A stretch of 64,000 nucleotides of DNA, taken from positions 1-64,000 of the IMG/VR virus record IMGVR_UViG_3300028603_000002. One strand, 5' to 3'. Within the stretch, counting starts at the first letter, position 1; every line of letters begins with the position of its first letter. The translations under genes and the position numbers were made by a program. Under the pieces are notes generated by a model. The model had not been told where the DNA came from, did not search any database, and saw only the letters and a list, made by a program, of their open reading frames with translations. This stretch comes from a virus. Its lineage: Duplodnaviria > Caudoviricetes. This document shows positions 18,130-28,800 of this stretch, piece by piece.

Positions 18130-19287
18130 TTGGCAATACAAATATCATACTGGCCTGGTTCATCAAGTTTCTCTCCTGGAGATACTACCCAAGGATACTA
18201 CGACAGCGATCCTGTATTTCAACAAGATATAGAAAAGTTTGCTAAGTGGGCTGCGCGCCGACTTGGTTATCCTATCATGGATGTTGAATTACAAGATGTG
18301 CATTTCTTCGATGCATTTGAAGAAGCTGTATCGGAGTACAGTAAACAAATTAATACATTTAATACTCAAGAAAATATATACGATCTATTAGGTTATCCTA
18401 CAGGATCGGCAAATCTAAACAATACTTATATTGAACCTAATTTAGATGCTGTATTTAAACTATCTACTACATACGGAACTGCTGCTGGAAGTGGTGGGAA
18501 TTTAACATGGTACACTGGTTCTTTTACAGTACAGGCTGATAAACAAGTATATGATTTACTTACAGATACCGCGGTTGAATCGGGAAGTTTGCAACCTGGA
18601 AATTATACCATTAGAAAACTAATACATAAAAGAACACCAGCTATAACTAGATTTGGTGATCCATATTCAGGTAATGCTACAGATGAAAAAAATCTATTAG
18701 AAGGATTTGGTTGGGGAGATATGTCATCAGGTATTGATTACTTATTGATGCCTTTACATTATGATTTATTAAGAGCACAAGCAGTTGAATTTAATGATCA
18801 TATAAGAAAATCAAGTTATGGATTTCAAATAACAAATAATAGAATTAGAATATTTCCTAGACCAACTGAATCATTTAAAATATGGTTCTTATATACTATT
18901 GATGATGAAAACTCACCAGGAAAGAAAAGTGATAATAAAGGAAAAATAACTGATCTAAGTAATATACCGTATGGAAATTTACAATATCGTTATATCAATG
19001 ATATGGGTAAACAATGGATTCGAAGGTATGCATTAGCAATTGCAAAAGAAACCCTTGGAAATATCAGAGGTAAATATGAAACAATTCCTACTATGGAAGA
19101 TAGTTTCAGTATGAATTCAAGTGATCTAATATCATCTGCACAAACTGAACAAGATAGATTAATAGAAGAATTGCTTACTTCATTGGAAGGTTTAACAAGA
19201 ACTTCACAGATGGAAAAGAAAAATCAAATTTCTGAATATACAATGGATGTTCTGAGAAGAGTTCCTATGAAAATATTTGTGAGGTAA
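18130..19287 (+). CDS. Neck/head-tail adaptor protein (T4 gp13-like)
   Basis: ARRLGYPIMDVEL and WIRRYALAIAKETLGNIRGKY motifs; position before the tail genes. Confidence 0.8.
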   Translation: MAIQISYWPGSSSFSPGDTTQGYYDSDPVFQQDIEKFAKWAARRLGYPIMDVELQDVHFFDAFEEAVSEYSKQINTFNTQENIYDLLGYPTGSANLNNTYIEPNLDAVFKLSTTYGTAAGSGGNLTWYTGSFTVQADKQVYDLLTDTAVESGSLQPGNYTIRKLIHKRTPAITRFGDPYSGNATDEKNLLEGFGWGDMSSGIDYLLMPLHYDLLRAQAVEFNDHIRKSSYGFQITNNRIRIFPRPTESFKIWFLYTIDDENSPGKKSDNKGKITDLSNIPYGNLQYRYINDMGKQWIRRYALAIAKETLGNIRGKYETIPTMEDSFSMNSSDLISSAQTEQDRLIEELLTSLEGLTRTSQMEKKNQISEYTMDVLRRVPMKIFVR

Positions 19288-19291
19288 ATGA

Positions 19292-19840
19292 ATGCCATTA
19301 TTTGGATCAGCAAGGGATGCTAGTTTTATACGTTCTGCTAATCGAGAGATAATGCACAAGATTGTTGGATTGGAGGTAGAATACTATAAAATAAATCTAA
19401 CTGAAACAAAAACTAACATATATAATGAATCATTAAACAAAACTTACTACAATCCTGTAAGAGTTAGTTGTTTACTTGCAAAAGATCCTACTACTACTAT
19501 TGATAATGAATTTGGAAAGGATATAGAAAAGACAGTAAGAGTAGGATTCTTAAGAGATGATTTAGTTGATTTAAATTTAGTTGTAGAGATAGGTGATATA
19601 TTTAATTGGGATGGAAAGTATTTTGAAATAGATGAAATACAATCTTCAAATTATTGGCTAACAAGAAATCCTGAACAACTAATAGCGTATAAACAAAATG
19701 AAGTACCAGAATTTGGATATTCAGTTTCAATAGTAGTTTCAGCACATAGAACTAATTCCGTTATAATTCAAATTGAAAATAATAGAAGTGGAATTAATGA
19801 TACTTTAAATGATAATAAGACAATACCAAGAGGACTATAA
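19292..19840 (+). CDS. Neck/head-closure protein (T4 gp14-like)
   Basis: Follows the gp13-like gene; EVEYYK..IYNES and IGDIFNWDGKYFEI. Confidence 0.6.
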   Translation: MPLFGSARDASFIRSANREIMHKIVGLEVEYYKINLTETKTNIYNESLNKTYYNPVRVSCLLAKDPTTTIDNEFGKDIEKTVRVGFLRDDLVDLNLVVEIGDIFNWDGKYFEIDEIQSSNYWLTRNPEQLIAYKQNEVPEFGYSVSIVVSAHRTNSVIIQIENNRSGINDTLNDNKTIPRGL

Positions 19841-20707
19841 TTGAAACCAGTTATACCACCATACCAGCAAGGTAGCAGTTTTCAAGATGGGAATAGAGCA
19901 AATCAAACTCGCAGAGATAATGATATTGTTGTAACTCCTAAGATTGATATCTATGATATTGATTATGCTATTCTGTATCATTTACAAACCAATGCAAATC
20001 TTATTGTAGAAGAAAAAGAAAGTGTTATACGTGTACCTGTTATCTATTCAAATGGTGAAACGTGGTCACAAATAAGACAGCAAGGTTATTTAAGGGATGG
20101 AGATAAATTACAAAGTCCTATTTTAGCATTGAAAAGAGACAGTATTAATAAGGATGATAGAATACCATTATTAGATTTTGATAATGCAGCAGGGAGAATA
20201 AAATTGTATCCTTATAGAACATTTAATATGCATTATGATAGAAAGTCAGGTCAGTATAATACAAAAAGGTCTTATGAATACTATATTATTCCAATTCCAA
20301 AATATGTAAGACCAATATACAGTGGGTATATATGGACAACATATAATGAACAAATGAATCATGTATTAGAAAAATTAAGTGCTATTGATAATCATATGTG
20401 GGGTGATTCATATAAATTCAGAACAGTGGTTGAATTTGGTGATACTGAAACAATAAATATACCTGGGGAAGATAGGGTGGTTAGAACTCCAATAACATTA
20501 ACAGTTGATGGAAAATTAATAAATGAATATAAGTATAGTGAATCTGAAATGCAGAAGAGATTTTCATTAAAAAGAATTCATGTTATTAATGAAAAAGAAG
20601 AGCATGAGTTCTATGTCGATAACGAACCAACTAATTTGAAAGAAGATACACATATATCAGAGGAATTAAGAAATCAACAAAATCAGAATTTGAAGAGAAA
20701 TATTTGA
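19841..20707 (+). CDS. Tail terminator/sheath stabiliser (T4 gp15-like)
   Basis: IRVPVIYSNGETW, P..V...Y..IWT...EQMN motifs; position before the sheath. Confidence 0.65.
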   Translation: MKPVIPPYQQGSSFQDGNRANQTRRDNDIVVTPKIDIYDIDYAILYHLQTNANLIVEEKESVIRVPVIYSNGETWSQIRQQGYLRDGDKLQSPILALKRDSINKDDRIPLLDFDNAAGRIKLYPYRTFNMHYDRKSGQYNTKRSYEYYIIPIPKYVRPIYSGYIWTTYNEQMNHVLEKLSAIDNHMWGDSYKFRTVVEFGDTETINIPGEDRVVRTPITLTVDGKLINEYKYSESEMQKRFSLKRIHVINEKEEHEFYVDNEPTNLKEDTHISEELRNQQNQNLKRNI

Positions 20708-20733
20708 TTTCAACAATTTTAAAAATTCAACCT

Positions 20734-20744
20734 TATATTTATTA
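20734..20744 (+). promoter_or_regulatory. Putative late-promoter motif TATATTTATTA
   Basis: Exact copy upstream of the tail sheath. Confidence 0.6.
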
Positions 20745-20792
20745 TTAGATGGGTATTAGTTCATCAATTCAAATAAAAAAGAGATTCATTAG

Positions 20793-22607
20793 ATGGCAAA
20801 AACGACATTTTTAAGTCCTGGTGTATATACTAGAGAATTCGATCTATCATTCTTCCCACAAGAAATACCTGCAGTTGGTGCCGCAGTAATAGGTCCAACC
20901 GCGAGAGGACCAGCTATGGTTCCAATACCTCTATCTACTTATTCTGAATATGTTAGATGGTTCGGTGATGTATTCACTTCAGGATCAGGAGCACAAGAAC
21001 AAGAATATAAATACTTAACAACCCATACAGTTCAAGAATACCTTCGTTATGGGGATGTGATTACTGTGGTAAGAGTATTGGCTGGTAATTTCCAACCAGC
21101 TTATAGTTATATAGCAAGTTCAGGATCATATCCTATAACTGGAGCTCTTACAGGTAAAAGAAGTCTAAAATTAACTGCTTTAACTGATGGTGCTATTACT
21201 AATAGTGGACAATTAAGAGCGGCAGAATCTGGTTCTGGTATAGCATCAGATGAAGGAGCTAGTAATTTCTTAAGAAGTGGATCTAAATACAATATCAGAT
21301 GGGAAGTTGCTAACGTTGATAAAGATAGAGGTACATTTGATTTATATATTCGTAGAGGTGATGATACTTCAAATAGAAAAATTGTAATTGAGCAATATTC
21401 TCAAGTAACATTAGATCCAACAACATCCAACTTCATTGCGAAAGTAATTGGGGATATGACTTATACATTAAGATATGATAGTACAGGTCTTCCATATTTA
21501 CAAAAATCAGGTAGCTATCCTAACAGATCAAGATTTGTAAGAGTCGAAGTATTAAAATCTACATTGAATTATTTAAATACAAATGGTACAATTAGAGATG
21601 CCGCATTATCAGCATCATTACCAGCACCTGTATCAGGAACATTCGGTGGTGGTAGCGATGGTAATGTTGCCCATCCAAAAGCAATGTATAAAGATATATG
21701 GAATCTAAATACACAAGGGTTGAATCCTGCTAGTGCATCACATGGTAAAACAGCATATGAAGATGCAATTGATATAATGAGTAACAAAGATCAATACGAT
21801 ATTAACTTACTATTCACACCTGGTCTAATTGATGGTTTAAGCGATCATGCTAAGATTATTACTAAGGCAATTAATATGTGTGAAGATAGAGGTGATGTAT
21901 TCTATGTAATTGATCCAACATATCATGGAAGTACAGTAGGACAAGCACAAGCAGTAGCAGAAGCTAGAAATACAAACTATGCAGCTATGTATTACCCATG
22001 GGTACAAATACCAGACCCAGATTTAGGACGAAATGTTTGGGTACCACCTTCAGCAGTCGTACCAGCTGTATATAGCTTCAATGATATGGTTCGCCATCCA
22101 TGGTTCGCTCCTGCTGGTTTGAATAGAGGTGTATTGGATACAGCTATACAAACAGAAAGATTAATGACTCAGGGAGATAGAGATAATCTATACTATAAAG
22201 GAATTAATCCAATTGCTACATTCCCAAGAAATGGCTTAGCACTATGGGGTCAAAAAACATTGCAGAAGAAAGCATCAGCATTAGATAGAATTAATGTCAG
22301 ACGACTATTAATTGATGCGAAACGATTCATTGCGGAAACAGTTAAGTATTTAGTATTTGAAAATAACACAACTGAAACACGTGCTAGATTCATTGAATTA
22401 ACTGAACCATATTTCAGAAGAGTACAAGCAGAACAAGGTTTATACGACTTCAGAATTGTTATTGATGAAAGGAATAACACACCAGAAGTAATTGATAGAA
22501 ATGAAATGAGAGCAGCAATATACTTAAAACCAGCTAAGACAGCTGAGTTTATTATCGTTGATTTCAATATTCTACAAACAGGTGCTAAATTCCCAATGGA
22601 TAGCTAA
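20793..22607 (+). CDS. Tail sheath protein (T4 gp18-like)
   Basis: LSPGVYTRE, YYPWV, VPPS, PWFAPAGLNRG, INPI, WGQKTL, DRINVRRL, FENN, KPAKTAEFI. Confidence 0.96.
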   Translation: MAKTTFLSPGVYTREFDLSFFPQEIPAVGAAVIGPTARGPAMVPIPLSTYSEYVRWFGDVFTSGSGAQEQEYKYLTTHTVQEYLRYGDVITVVRVLAGNFQPAYSYIASSGSYPITGALTGKRSLKLTALTDGAITNSGQLRAAESGSGIASDEGASNFLRSGSKYNIRWEVANVDKDRGTFDLYIRRGDDTSNRKIVIEQYSQVTLDPTTSNFIAKVIGDMTYTLRYDSTGLPYLQKSGSYPNRSRFVRVEVLKSTLNYLNTNGTIRDAALSASLPAPVSGTFGGGSDGNVAHPKAMYKDIWNLNTQGLNPASASHGKTAYEDAIDIMSNKDQYDINLLFTPGLIDGLSDHAKIITKAINMCEDRGDVFYVIDPTYHGSTVGQAQAVAEARNTNYAAMYYPWVQIPDPDLGRNVWVPPSAVVPAVYSFNDMVRHPWFAPAGLNRGVLDTAIQTERLMTQGDRDNLYYKGINPIATFPRNGLALWGQKTLQKKASALDRINVRRLLIDAKRFIAETVKYLVFENNTTETRARFIELTEPYFRRVQAEQGLYDFRIVIDERNNTPEVIDRNEMRAAIYLKPAKTAEFIIVDFNILQTGAKFPMDS

Positions 22608-22623
22608 GAAAGTTGAGTTGTTG

Positions 22624-22634
22624 TATATTTATTA
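22624..22634 (+). promoter_or_regulatory. Putative late-promoter motif TATATTTATTA
   Basis: Exact copy upstream of tail tube 1. Confidence 0.6.
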
Positions 22635-22659
22635 TTGAAATAAAGAAGAGAAATAAAAA

Positions 22660-23136
22660 ATGCCAAGAATAGTAATTCCAGATTCATTTGAACCAAGTTT
22701 ACAGTTTAGATACAGGGTTACAACAAGCAAATTACCTGGAGCTCAATTGTATGCAAGGTCATCACAACAACCAGGTACTGATGGTGCTCCTGTTACTGTT
22801 GAACACATTAATGCTTATTTCAAAGTAAAAGGTAAGCTAAGATGGACAGATGTAGCAATGACATTTTATCAATTTGAAGGTGTTACTGCACAAGAAGTAT
22901 GGAGTTACTTACAACAACATCAAGAAGTAAATGGTGCAGTAGATACATACGGCCCAGTATACAAACATGATTTATCAATTGAAATATTAGGACCAGATGG
23001 ATCAACGCCTACAGGAACATGGAGTTTAAAAGGTGCATGGTTTGCGACAATAAATTGGGGTCAAATGGATTGGGGTATAGATGATGTAATACAATGTGAT
23101 GTCACTGTATCTTATGATTGGGCAACATATTCATAA
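22660..23136 (+). CDS. Tail tube protein 1 (gp19-like)
   Basis: FEP..QFRY, KVKGKLRW, WSLKGAW..INWGQMDW, VSYDWA; follows the sheath. Confidence 0.85.
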   Translation: MPRIVIPDSFEPSLQFRYRVTTSKLPGAQLYARSSQQPGTDGAPVTVEHINAYFKVKGKLRWTDVAMTFYQFEGVTAQEVWSYLQQHQEVNGAVDTYGPVYKHDLSIEILGPDGSTPTGTWSLKGAWFATINWGQMDWGIDDVIQCDVTVSYDWATYS

Positions 23137-23157
23137 TTAATTAAAAAATTAAATAAC

Positions 23158-23409
23158 ATGAAATTCACAGAAAAAACTAAATCAATGATCAGACACTTAC
23201 TAACAGCAATAGGGGTAGTACTTTCGCTAGTAGGTTTAAATGATTTTATTCCAGTATTGGATTATCTACAAGGTAGTTTAGATCAAGTATGGGATGCAAT
23301 AGTAGTATTAATTGGTTTTATTACTACAGTTTGGGGATTCTTACGTAAGAAAGAACGGTTTAATATTCTCGAAACAGTAGATAGAAACCCAGAGATACTT
23401 TCCAAGTAA
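23158..23409 (+). CDS. Small two-TM membrane protein, holin-like
   Basis: IRHLLTAIGVVLSLVGL and AIVVLIGFITTVWGFL helices with a basic C-terminal tail. Confidence 0.5.
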   Translation: MKFTEKTKSMIRHLLTAIGVVLSLVGLNDFIPVLDYLQGSLDQVWDAIVVLIGFITTVWGFLRKKERFNILETVDRNPEILSK

Positions 23410-23442
23410 CCGATTCAAAATAGAAACAAACATAAGAAGATT

Positions 23443-23473
23443 AGGGAGGAAATACATATTTTCTCCCTTTTTT
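23443..23473 (+). terminator. Rho-independent terminator
   Basis: AGGGAGGAAAT..ATTTTCTCCCT stem followed by a T-run. Confidence 0.8.
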
Positions 23474-23507
23474 CATGTGCGCTAAATATTTATATTAAAG
23501 AAGAAGA

Positions 23508-23984
23508 ATGCCAAGAGTATCAGTACCAGAAGCACTACATCCAATCCTAAAATTTAGGTACATGATTATGCCCTTTACAGGTATGATAGGTGTTATACTT
23601 TATGGTGATTCGGCTCAAATGCCTAAAGCAAGAAATACGGTAGTTAATGTACCTAATCAAAACCAGGTAATGAAAGTAAAGGGGAGAACACAGTGGGAGG
23701 ATATATCATTTAGCTGTTATCACTTTGAAGGCATAACAGGAAAAGAATTGTGGGGGTATCTTAATAAACATCAAACAGTACCATCAGCAATTGATAAACA
23801 ACCATCAGATTATTTAGGAATGGTACAAATAAAATTATTAAGCCCAATAGGAGTTCCAATACACACTATTAAATTACAAAATGCTTTCTTAGCAGGTGCT
23901 GATTGGGGTGATGGTGATTGGGGAGTAAGTGAAATTATGAAGTGTACAATAACATTGTCGTATGAATATGCAGAATACAATTAA
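23508..23984 (+). CDS. Tail tube paralogue 2 (gp19-like)
   Basis: Same length and motifs as tube 1 (KVKGRTQW, FEGIT, ADWGDGDW, LSYEYA); preceded by ATATTTATA at 23486. Confidence 0.8.
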   Translation: MPRVSVPEALHPILKFRYMIMPFTGMIGVILYGDSAQMPKARNTVVNVPNQNQVMKVKGRTQWEDISFSCYHFEGITGKELWGYLNKHQTVPSAIDKQPSDYLGMVQIKLLSPIGVPIHTIKLQNAFLAGADWGDGDWGVSEIMKCTITLSYEYAEYN

Positions 23985-23993
23985 GGAATTATA

Positions 23994-24476
23994 ATGGCAA
24001 GATTACTACAACCAGCATCACATAAACCAGTATTAGGATTTAGATTTGAAGTACAATGTGATAAAGCATTTGGAGGCAATGCTAAATTCTATGCTAAGGG
24101 TGCTGGGTTGCCGAAAGTATCAAATAATCCATTAGCAATTGAGAATGGAAATACTTATATTAATGTAAAGACAAAGACAAGATGGCAACCTATAACATTT
24201 AGTTGTTATATGTTTGAGGGAATGACTGTAACTGATTTATGGGCTTATTATCAACTACACCAGGATGTTCCAAGTGGTATTGATAAATTTGCTGATTCAT
24301 ATAAGGCAGATTTTAGAATAACAGTTAAAACACCAGATGATTCACCAGTACATATCTTTTCATTGAAGGATGCATTCATAGCAGAAATGGATTTTGGTGA
24401 TATGGATTGGAGCAATGAAGAACCAGTTTTATGCTCAGTAGTTATAGTATATGATTGGGCGAATAAGGAAATGTAA
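23994..24476 (+). CDS. Tail tube paralogue 3 (gp19-like)
   Basis: VKTKTRW, FEGMT, LKDAF..MDFGDMDW, YDWA. Confidence 0.8.
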   Translation: MARLLQPASHKPVLGFRFEVQCDKAFGGNAKFYAKGAGLPKVSNNPLAIENGNTYINVKTKTRWQPITFSCYMFEGMTVTDLWAYYQLHQDVPSGIDKFADSYKADFRITVKTPDDSPVHIFSLKDAFIAEMDFGDMDWSNEEPVLCSVVIVYDWANKEM

Positions 24477-24479
24477 AAA

Positions 24480-24489
24480 ATATTTATTA
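24480..24489 (+). promoter_or_regulatory. Putative late-promoter motif ATATTTATTA
   Basis: Upstream of the chaperone/tape-measure operon. Confidence 0.5.
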
Positions 24490-24531
24490 TATTTAAGGGT
24501 TTAATTAAAAAATTATAGGAGTTTTAAGAAC

Positions 24532-25404
24532 ATGGATAATAGAGTTGATTTAACAGCGCCGGAAATTAAGGTGGGTAATAAGGTACCAGAACCAATAGAT
24601 AACCCAGTAGACGCTAAGGAAATGGCGGAGAAGACAGAAAAAGCAAGGAAACAATATGCTTTTCCAACGGATAGAGTAGAATTACCGTCAGGTGGATTAT
24701 TATACCCAGAAGGACATCCGTTAGCAGAAGGATATGTTGAGATAAAACATATGACAGCTAAAGAAGAAGATATCTTAACAACTGAATCATATATCCGCGA
24801 TGACATTGTCATTGATATGTTACTGAAATCATTATTAGTAACTGAATTCAATTACAATGATTTGTTACTTGGAGATAAAAATGCTATTATCATAGCTGCT
24901 AGGATTAATGGTTATGGTGAAGTGTACAAGTCAAAGGTATTAACACCAAAAGGAAAACATCAAGAAGTACAAATTGATCTAAAAACAATTGGATTTAAGG
25001 AGTTATCTGATGTAGTGAAAAATAATCCTCATAAAAATGTATTCACATTTACAACACCGAGCACAAAAGATGAGATTAAGTTTAGATTGTTAACTGTTGG
25101 AGATTTAGAACAAATAAAGAAAAATTCAAAAAGTCATAAAACAATTGGATCAAGAGATAGAGGATTCACTTCAAGATTGAATCAAATGTTCATAAGTGTA
25201 AATGGTAATGACGATAAGAATTTTATATCTATGTATGTAGAAACTATGTTAGCAAGGGATGCAAGGGCATTTAGGCAATATTTAACTGAATTAACTCCTG
25301 ATGTAGATATTGATATTGAAGTAATTGATGAGGAGACACGGGAGCCCTTTCGTAGTAAAATTGAGTTCGGGGCAAGCCTTTTTTGGCCTGACGCCGGAGT
25401 ATAA
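24532..25404 (+). CDS. Baseplate hub/tail assembly chaperone (T4 gp26/gp51-like)
   Basis: VELPSGGLLY, MTAKEEDIL, DLLLGDKNAIIIAARINGYG, IKFRLLTVGD, C-terminal FWP. Confidence 0.8.
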   Translation: MDNRVDLTAPEIKVGNKVPEPIDNPVDAKEMAEKTEKARKQYAFPTDRVELPSGGLLYPEGHPLAEGYVEIKHMTAKEEDILTTESYIRDDIVIDMLLKSLLVTEFNYNDLLLGDKNAIIIAARINGYGEVYKSKVLTPKGKHQEVQIDLKTIGFKELSDVVKNNPHKNVFTFTTPSTKDEIKFRLLTVGDLEQIKKNSKSHKTIGSRDRGFTSRLNQMFISVNGNDDKNFISMYVETMLARDARAFRQYLTELTPDVDIDIEVIDEETREPFRSKIEFGASLFWPDAGV

Positions 25405-25585
25405 TCAAAAGGTATATGATCAGATATATGAAATTGTTAAGTACGGAGGAGGTGGTTTAAGTTTCAGTGATGTATATAACCTCCCAGTAACAGTAAGAAC
25501 ATATTATTATTACAAGATGGTTAAAGATATGCAGGATCAAATTGAAGAACAGGAAAAACAAAAGTCGAAAGGCCGACTTAGATAA
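25379..25585 (+). CDS. Probable frameshift-encoded extension of the tail assembly chaperone (G/GT-like)
   Basis: Lies in the +1 frame and overlaps the chaperone end at CC-TTTTTT-GG (T-run 25379-25384). No credible ATG of its own near the start; encodes FSDVYNLPVTVRTYY. Confidence 0.6.
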   Translation, partial: FFGLTPEYNQKVYDQIYEIVKYGGGGLSFSDVYNLPVTVRTYYYYKMVKDMQDQIEEQEKQKSKGRLR

Positions 25586-25596
25586 AAGGTGATATT

Positions 25597-25845
25597 ATGG
25601 GAAAGATACATGAAAATTTTATTACAAAAATTATTAAACTTTTGGCACTACCCAAGGCAATTAAACATATACGGGAGATTGAAAAGGAGTTAGATAGCCC
25701 TGAACTGAAAGCTGAGATGGAAGCATTGAAATATTCAAATGAAAAGGTTCAGGCTCATTTAGAAGATTATTGTAAAAAACACCCGGATTCTTTTCATTGT
25801 AATAAGAATCGCAAGAATAAATCTAAATTAAAATTCATAAAATAA
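25597..25845 (+). CDS. Hypothetical protein upstream of tape measure
   Basis: 82 aa; AGGTGA SD-like site. Confidence 0.55.
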   Translation: MGKIHENFITKIIKLLALPKAIKHIREIEKELDSPELKAEMEALKYSNEKVQAHLEDYCKKHPDSFHCNKNRKNKSKLKFIK

Positions 25846-25860
25846 CTGGGAGAATGATAA

Positions 25861-28800
25861 TTGGCAAAGGATTCCAATCTTGAGAAACTAATTAAAGTTA
25901 CTCAGATAATCAGCAAAACTAGAAAGGAGTTTGAAGGAGTAAGTAGAGACTTACTGTTAGGAATTCATGCACTTAAGGAAGGGTTAATTGAAAATAAGAA
26001 ACAAGCCGAGGAATTAATTTCAGAAATTGGTTCCGGAAAGTTTAAGAGTAATAAGCAAGTAGAGGAATTCTTAGAAAAGATAGAAGCTAGTGATGAAGTA
26101 ATTGGAAAGATAAAGAAGAAGAGAAAGGAACTTTATAAATTATCAGAAGATGAATTAGAGAATATTGAAGAATATCATGAATATGTTAAGTTAATTTATG
26201 ATGTTGAACAGAAGAGAGATGATATAAATGCTTCTGTAGCAGATATGTATGGTAAGATAAGTGAGGAGATACAAAAACACCAGAAGCAAACAGCACATGT
26301 ATTACTCAACGAAACTCAACGTGAAAATATATTGAAAAAAATGATTTCCCATTCTAAGGAAATTAAAGATGCATTTGGGCATCAGTTAATTGATATGAAT
26401 GAGATTGAGACTCTAAATGAGCACTTGGATGCCATGCGTCAAAATATTGATATGAGTCAAATTGATATATCAGATGCATTTGGCCAAGTAGATGGCAAGA
26501 CTATATTGAATTTTGATGAAATGGTTGCGCTGCTTAAAGATTTGAGTGATCAACAAATTGATCTTATTGGTAAAGAACATGAGTTAAGAAAAAAGAAATT
26601 ATCTGAGTTAGCAAGTCTAAAGTTATCTATTGAACCTACGATGGATATTAGCAAAGTTGGTAAAGCATTAGGTAGAAATTTAAGTGAAGATGTTACTTCT
26701 ACAGGTCAATCTATAACCAGGGATGATCACAGCGGAAGATTTGTATCCAGGGAACAAATACTTACTGATTTATATGACAGAGGTGTTGAATTATTAGCTA
26801 AGAGAACAAAACTAAGTAAAAGTGAAGCACAACAGCGGGATGAGATATTAAGTTTATTGGGGCAGGAAGAAAAGATAATGTTGAATATTGCCGCTGCTAA
26901 AAAAGCAGAATTGGATGGAGAGAAAGTAATTTTAGAAAATAAAAATAGATTGTTGGGTGTACTCAAAAAAATACAACCACAATTACTACTCGCTAATGCA
27001 ACAATGGAATCCTTTGCATCTTCATTAGATAGCAAAGTAAAAATGTTACCTGAAGTATTCCAAAAACTATTAGGTATAGATGATATTGGTAGCAAGATCA
27101 TGGATAGTCATAATAAGGCTATAGATGAGGTAATAAAGAAAATATCAGAAGGTGGCTCGGCAGTAGATTTAGTAAGTACTTATAGTAAAAACTTTATCAG
27201 CACAATTGGAAAAGGTCCTATTATATTTGCAGCAATAACAGCGGCAGCTGTTAGTTTATTTAAAATACTTCAATCTGCAGAAAAGAAATATGCTGCTATA
27301 TCAGAAGAGGTTGGAATATCATTATCAGAATCTAAGAAATTATATGATATCAATAAAAAGATATTATATGATTCAAAAAACCATTTTACTACTATTCAAG
27401 ATATGGTTGATATGCAAGCAGAATTTACCAGAAATACTGACATGATCTTGGATATGAATGATAAACAAAACCAACAATTGGTTCAAAACTTAAATGAAAT
27501 CAGCAAGTATTTTGGTTATTCAAATGCGGAAGCAATGAAACTACAAAATATATTCACTGATTTAGGTGCTGATACTAAATTAGCTGAAAATATACAACGA
27601 ACTGTTGGTTTATATGCTGAAGCAAGTAATATCGCACCTCGAATAATAACTCAAGACCTATTAGATTCATCAGATGAACTAGCTACTTATTTTGCTGGAT
27701 ACCCAGAAGACGCAGCTAAAGCAGCTGTTAATATTAGAAAGATGGGTATGAGTATCAAACAATCAGCAAACATAGCTGATAAAATGTTAGATATAAGTGG
27801 ATTCATGACAGACATGCATGAATTAATAGCAATGACAGCTGGTGGTATAGATCTATCAAGAGCATTTGATTTGGGTGTAGCAGGTGATTTAGAGGGAATG
27901 ACAAAAGAAATAATGGATTCAATTGGTAGTGTTGCTAAGTTTGAATCTATGAATTATTTACAACGTAAAAAATTAGCAAATACGTTGGGAATGGAAACTG
28001 AAGAGATTCAGAAATCATTGCATATAAGAGAACAATTAGGACATTTAACTGCTAAAGAACAATCATTGTTATCTGCTAATGTAGCTACTTATGAAGAAAT
28101 GAAGAATATGTCTCAGGCAGATCTACAAGCAAGATTAGATCAACTTCAAAGTACTGAGAGATTGGGTAAGGCGTGGTCATCAATCAAAACCAGTTTAGGT
28201 GCAGCAATATTACCATTAGCAGAGGCTCTTGTTCCTATCTTTACATTAATAGCAGATACAATAACATATATAGCTTCAGGATTAGCTAATATTGGGAAGA
28301 TATTTAAATCAAATAATTCACAATTAGAAAAGAATCGAAATGGGGTAGAAGATTTAGGTGGGGGTATTGAGAGAGCTAGCACAGTAGCTATGGGTCTACA
28401 TACATCTTTATCTCTTGTAGGTGCTGTTTTAGGTGGATTGGTATTAAAAAATCTAATGAAGAACCTCAAACTATTTTCAGGATTAAAGAAAATGGTTCCT
28501 GATTTTGGAAGTCCCATTAAGAAAATGTTTGGTGGTATTATTGATATGGCTGGCAAAGCAGCCGATACTGCAAAGAATTTAATTGTAGGGACTGTAAAAA
28601 CAATTAGTGAATCATTTAACAGCATAGCTACAAACATTTCAAAAGGTATAATGAATATATTGGTCAATGTTTCTACTGGTATTAGTACTTCCATAATAAA
28701 AATATTAGGTGGTATTGGTGCTGGTATAACATCGTTTGCGACGGCTGCGGCATCAGGGTTAGCAATTCTAACTCCATTTATCCCAGTATTAGGTGTATTG

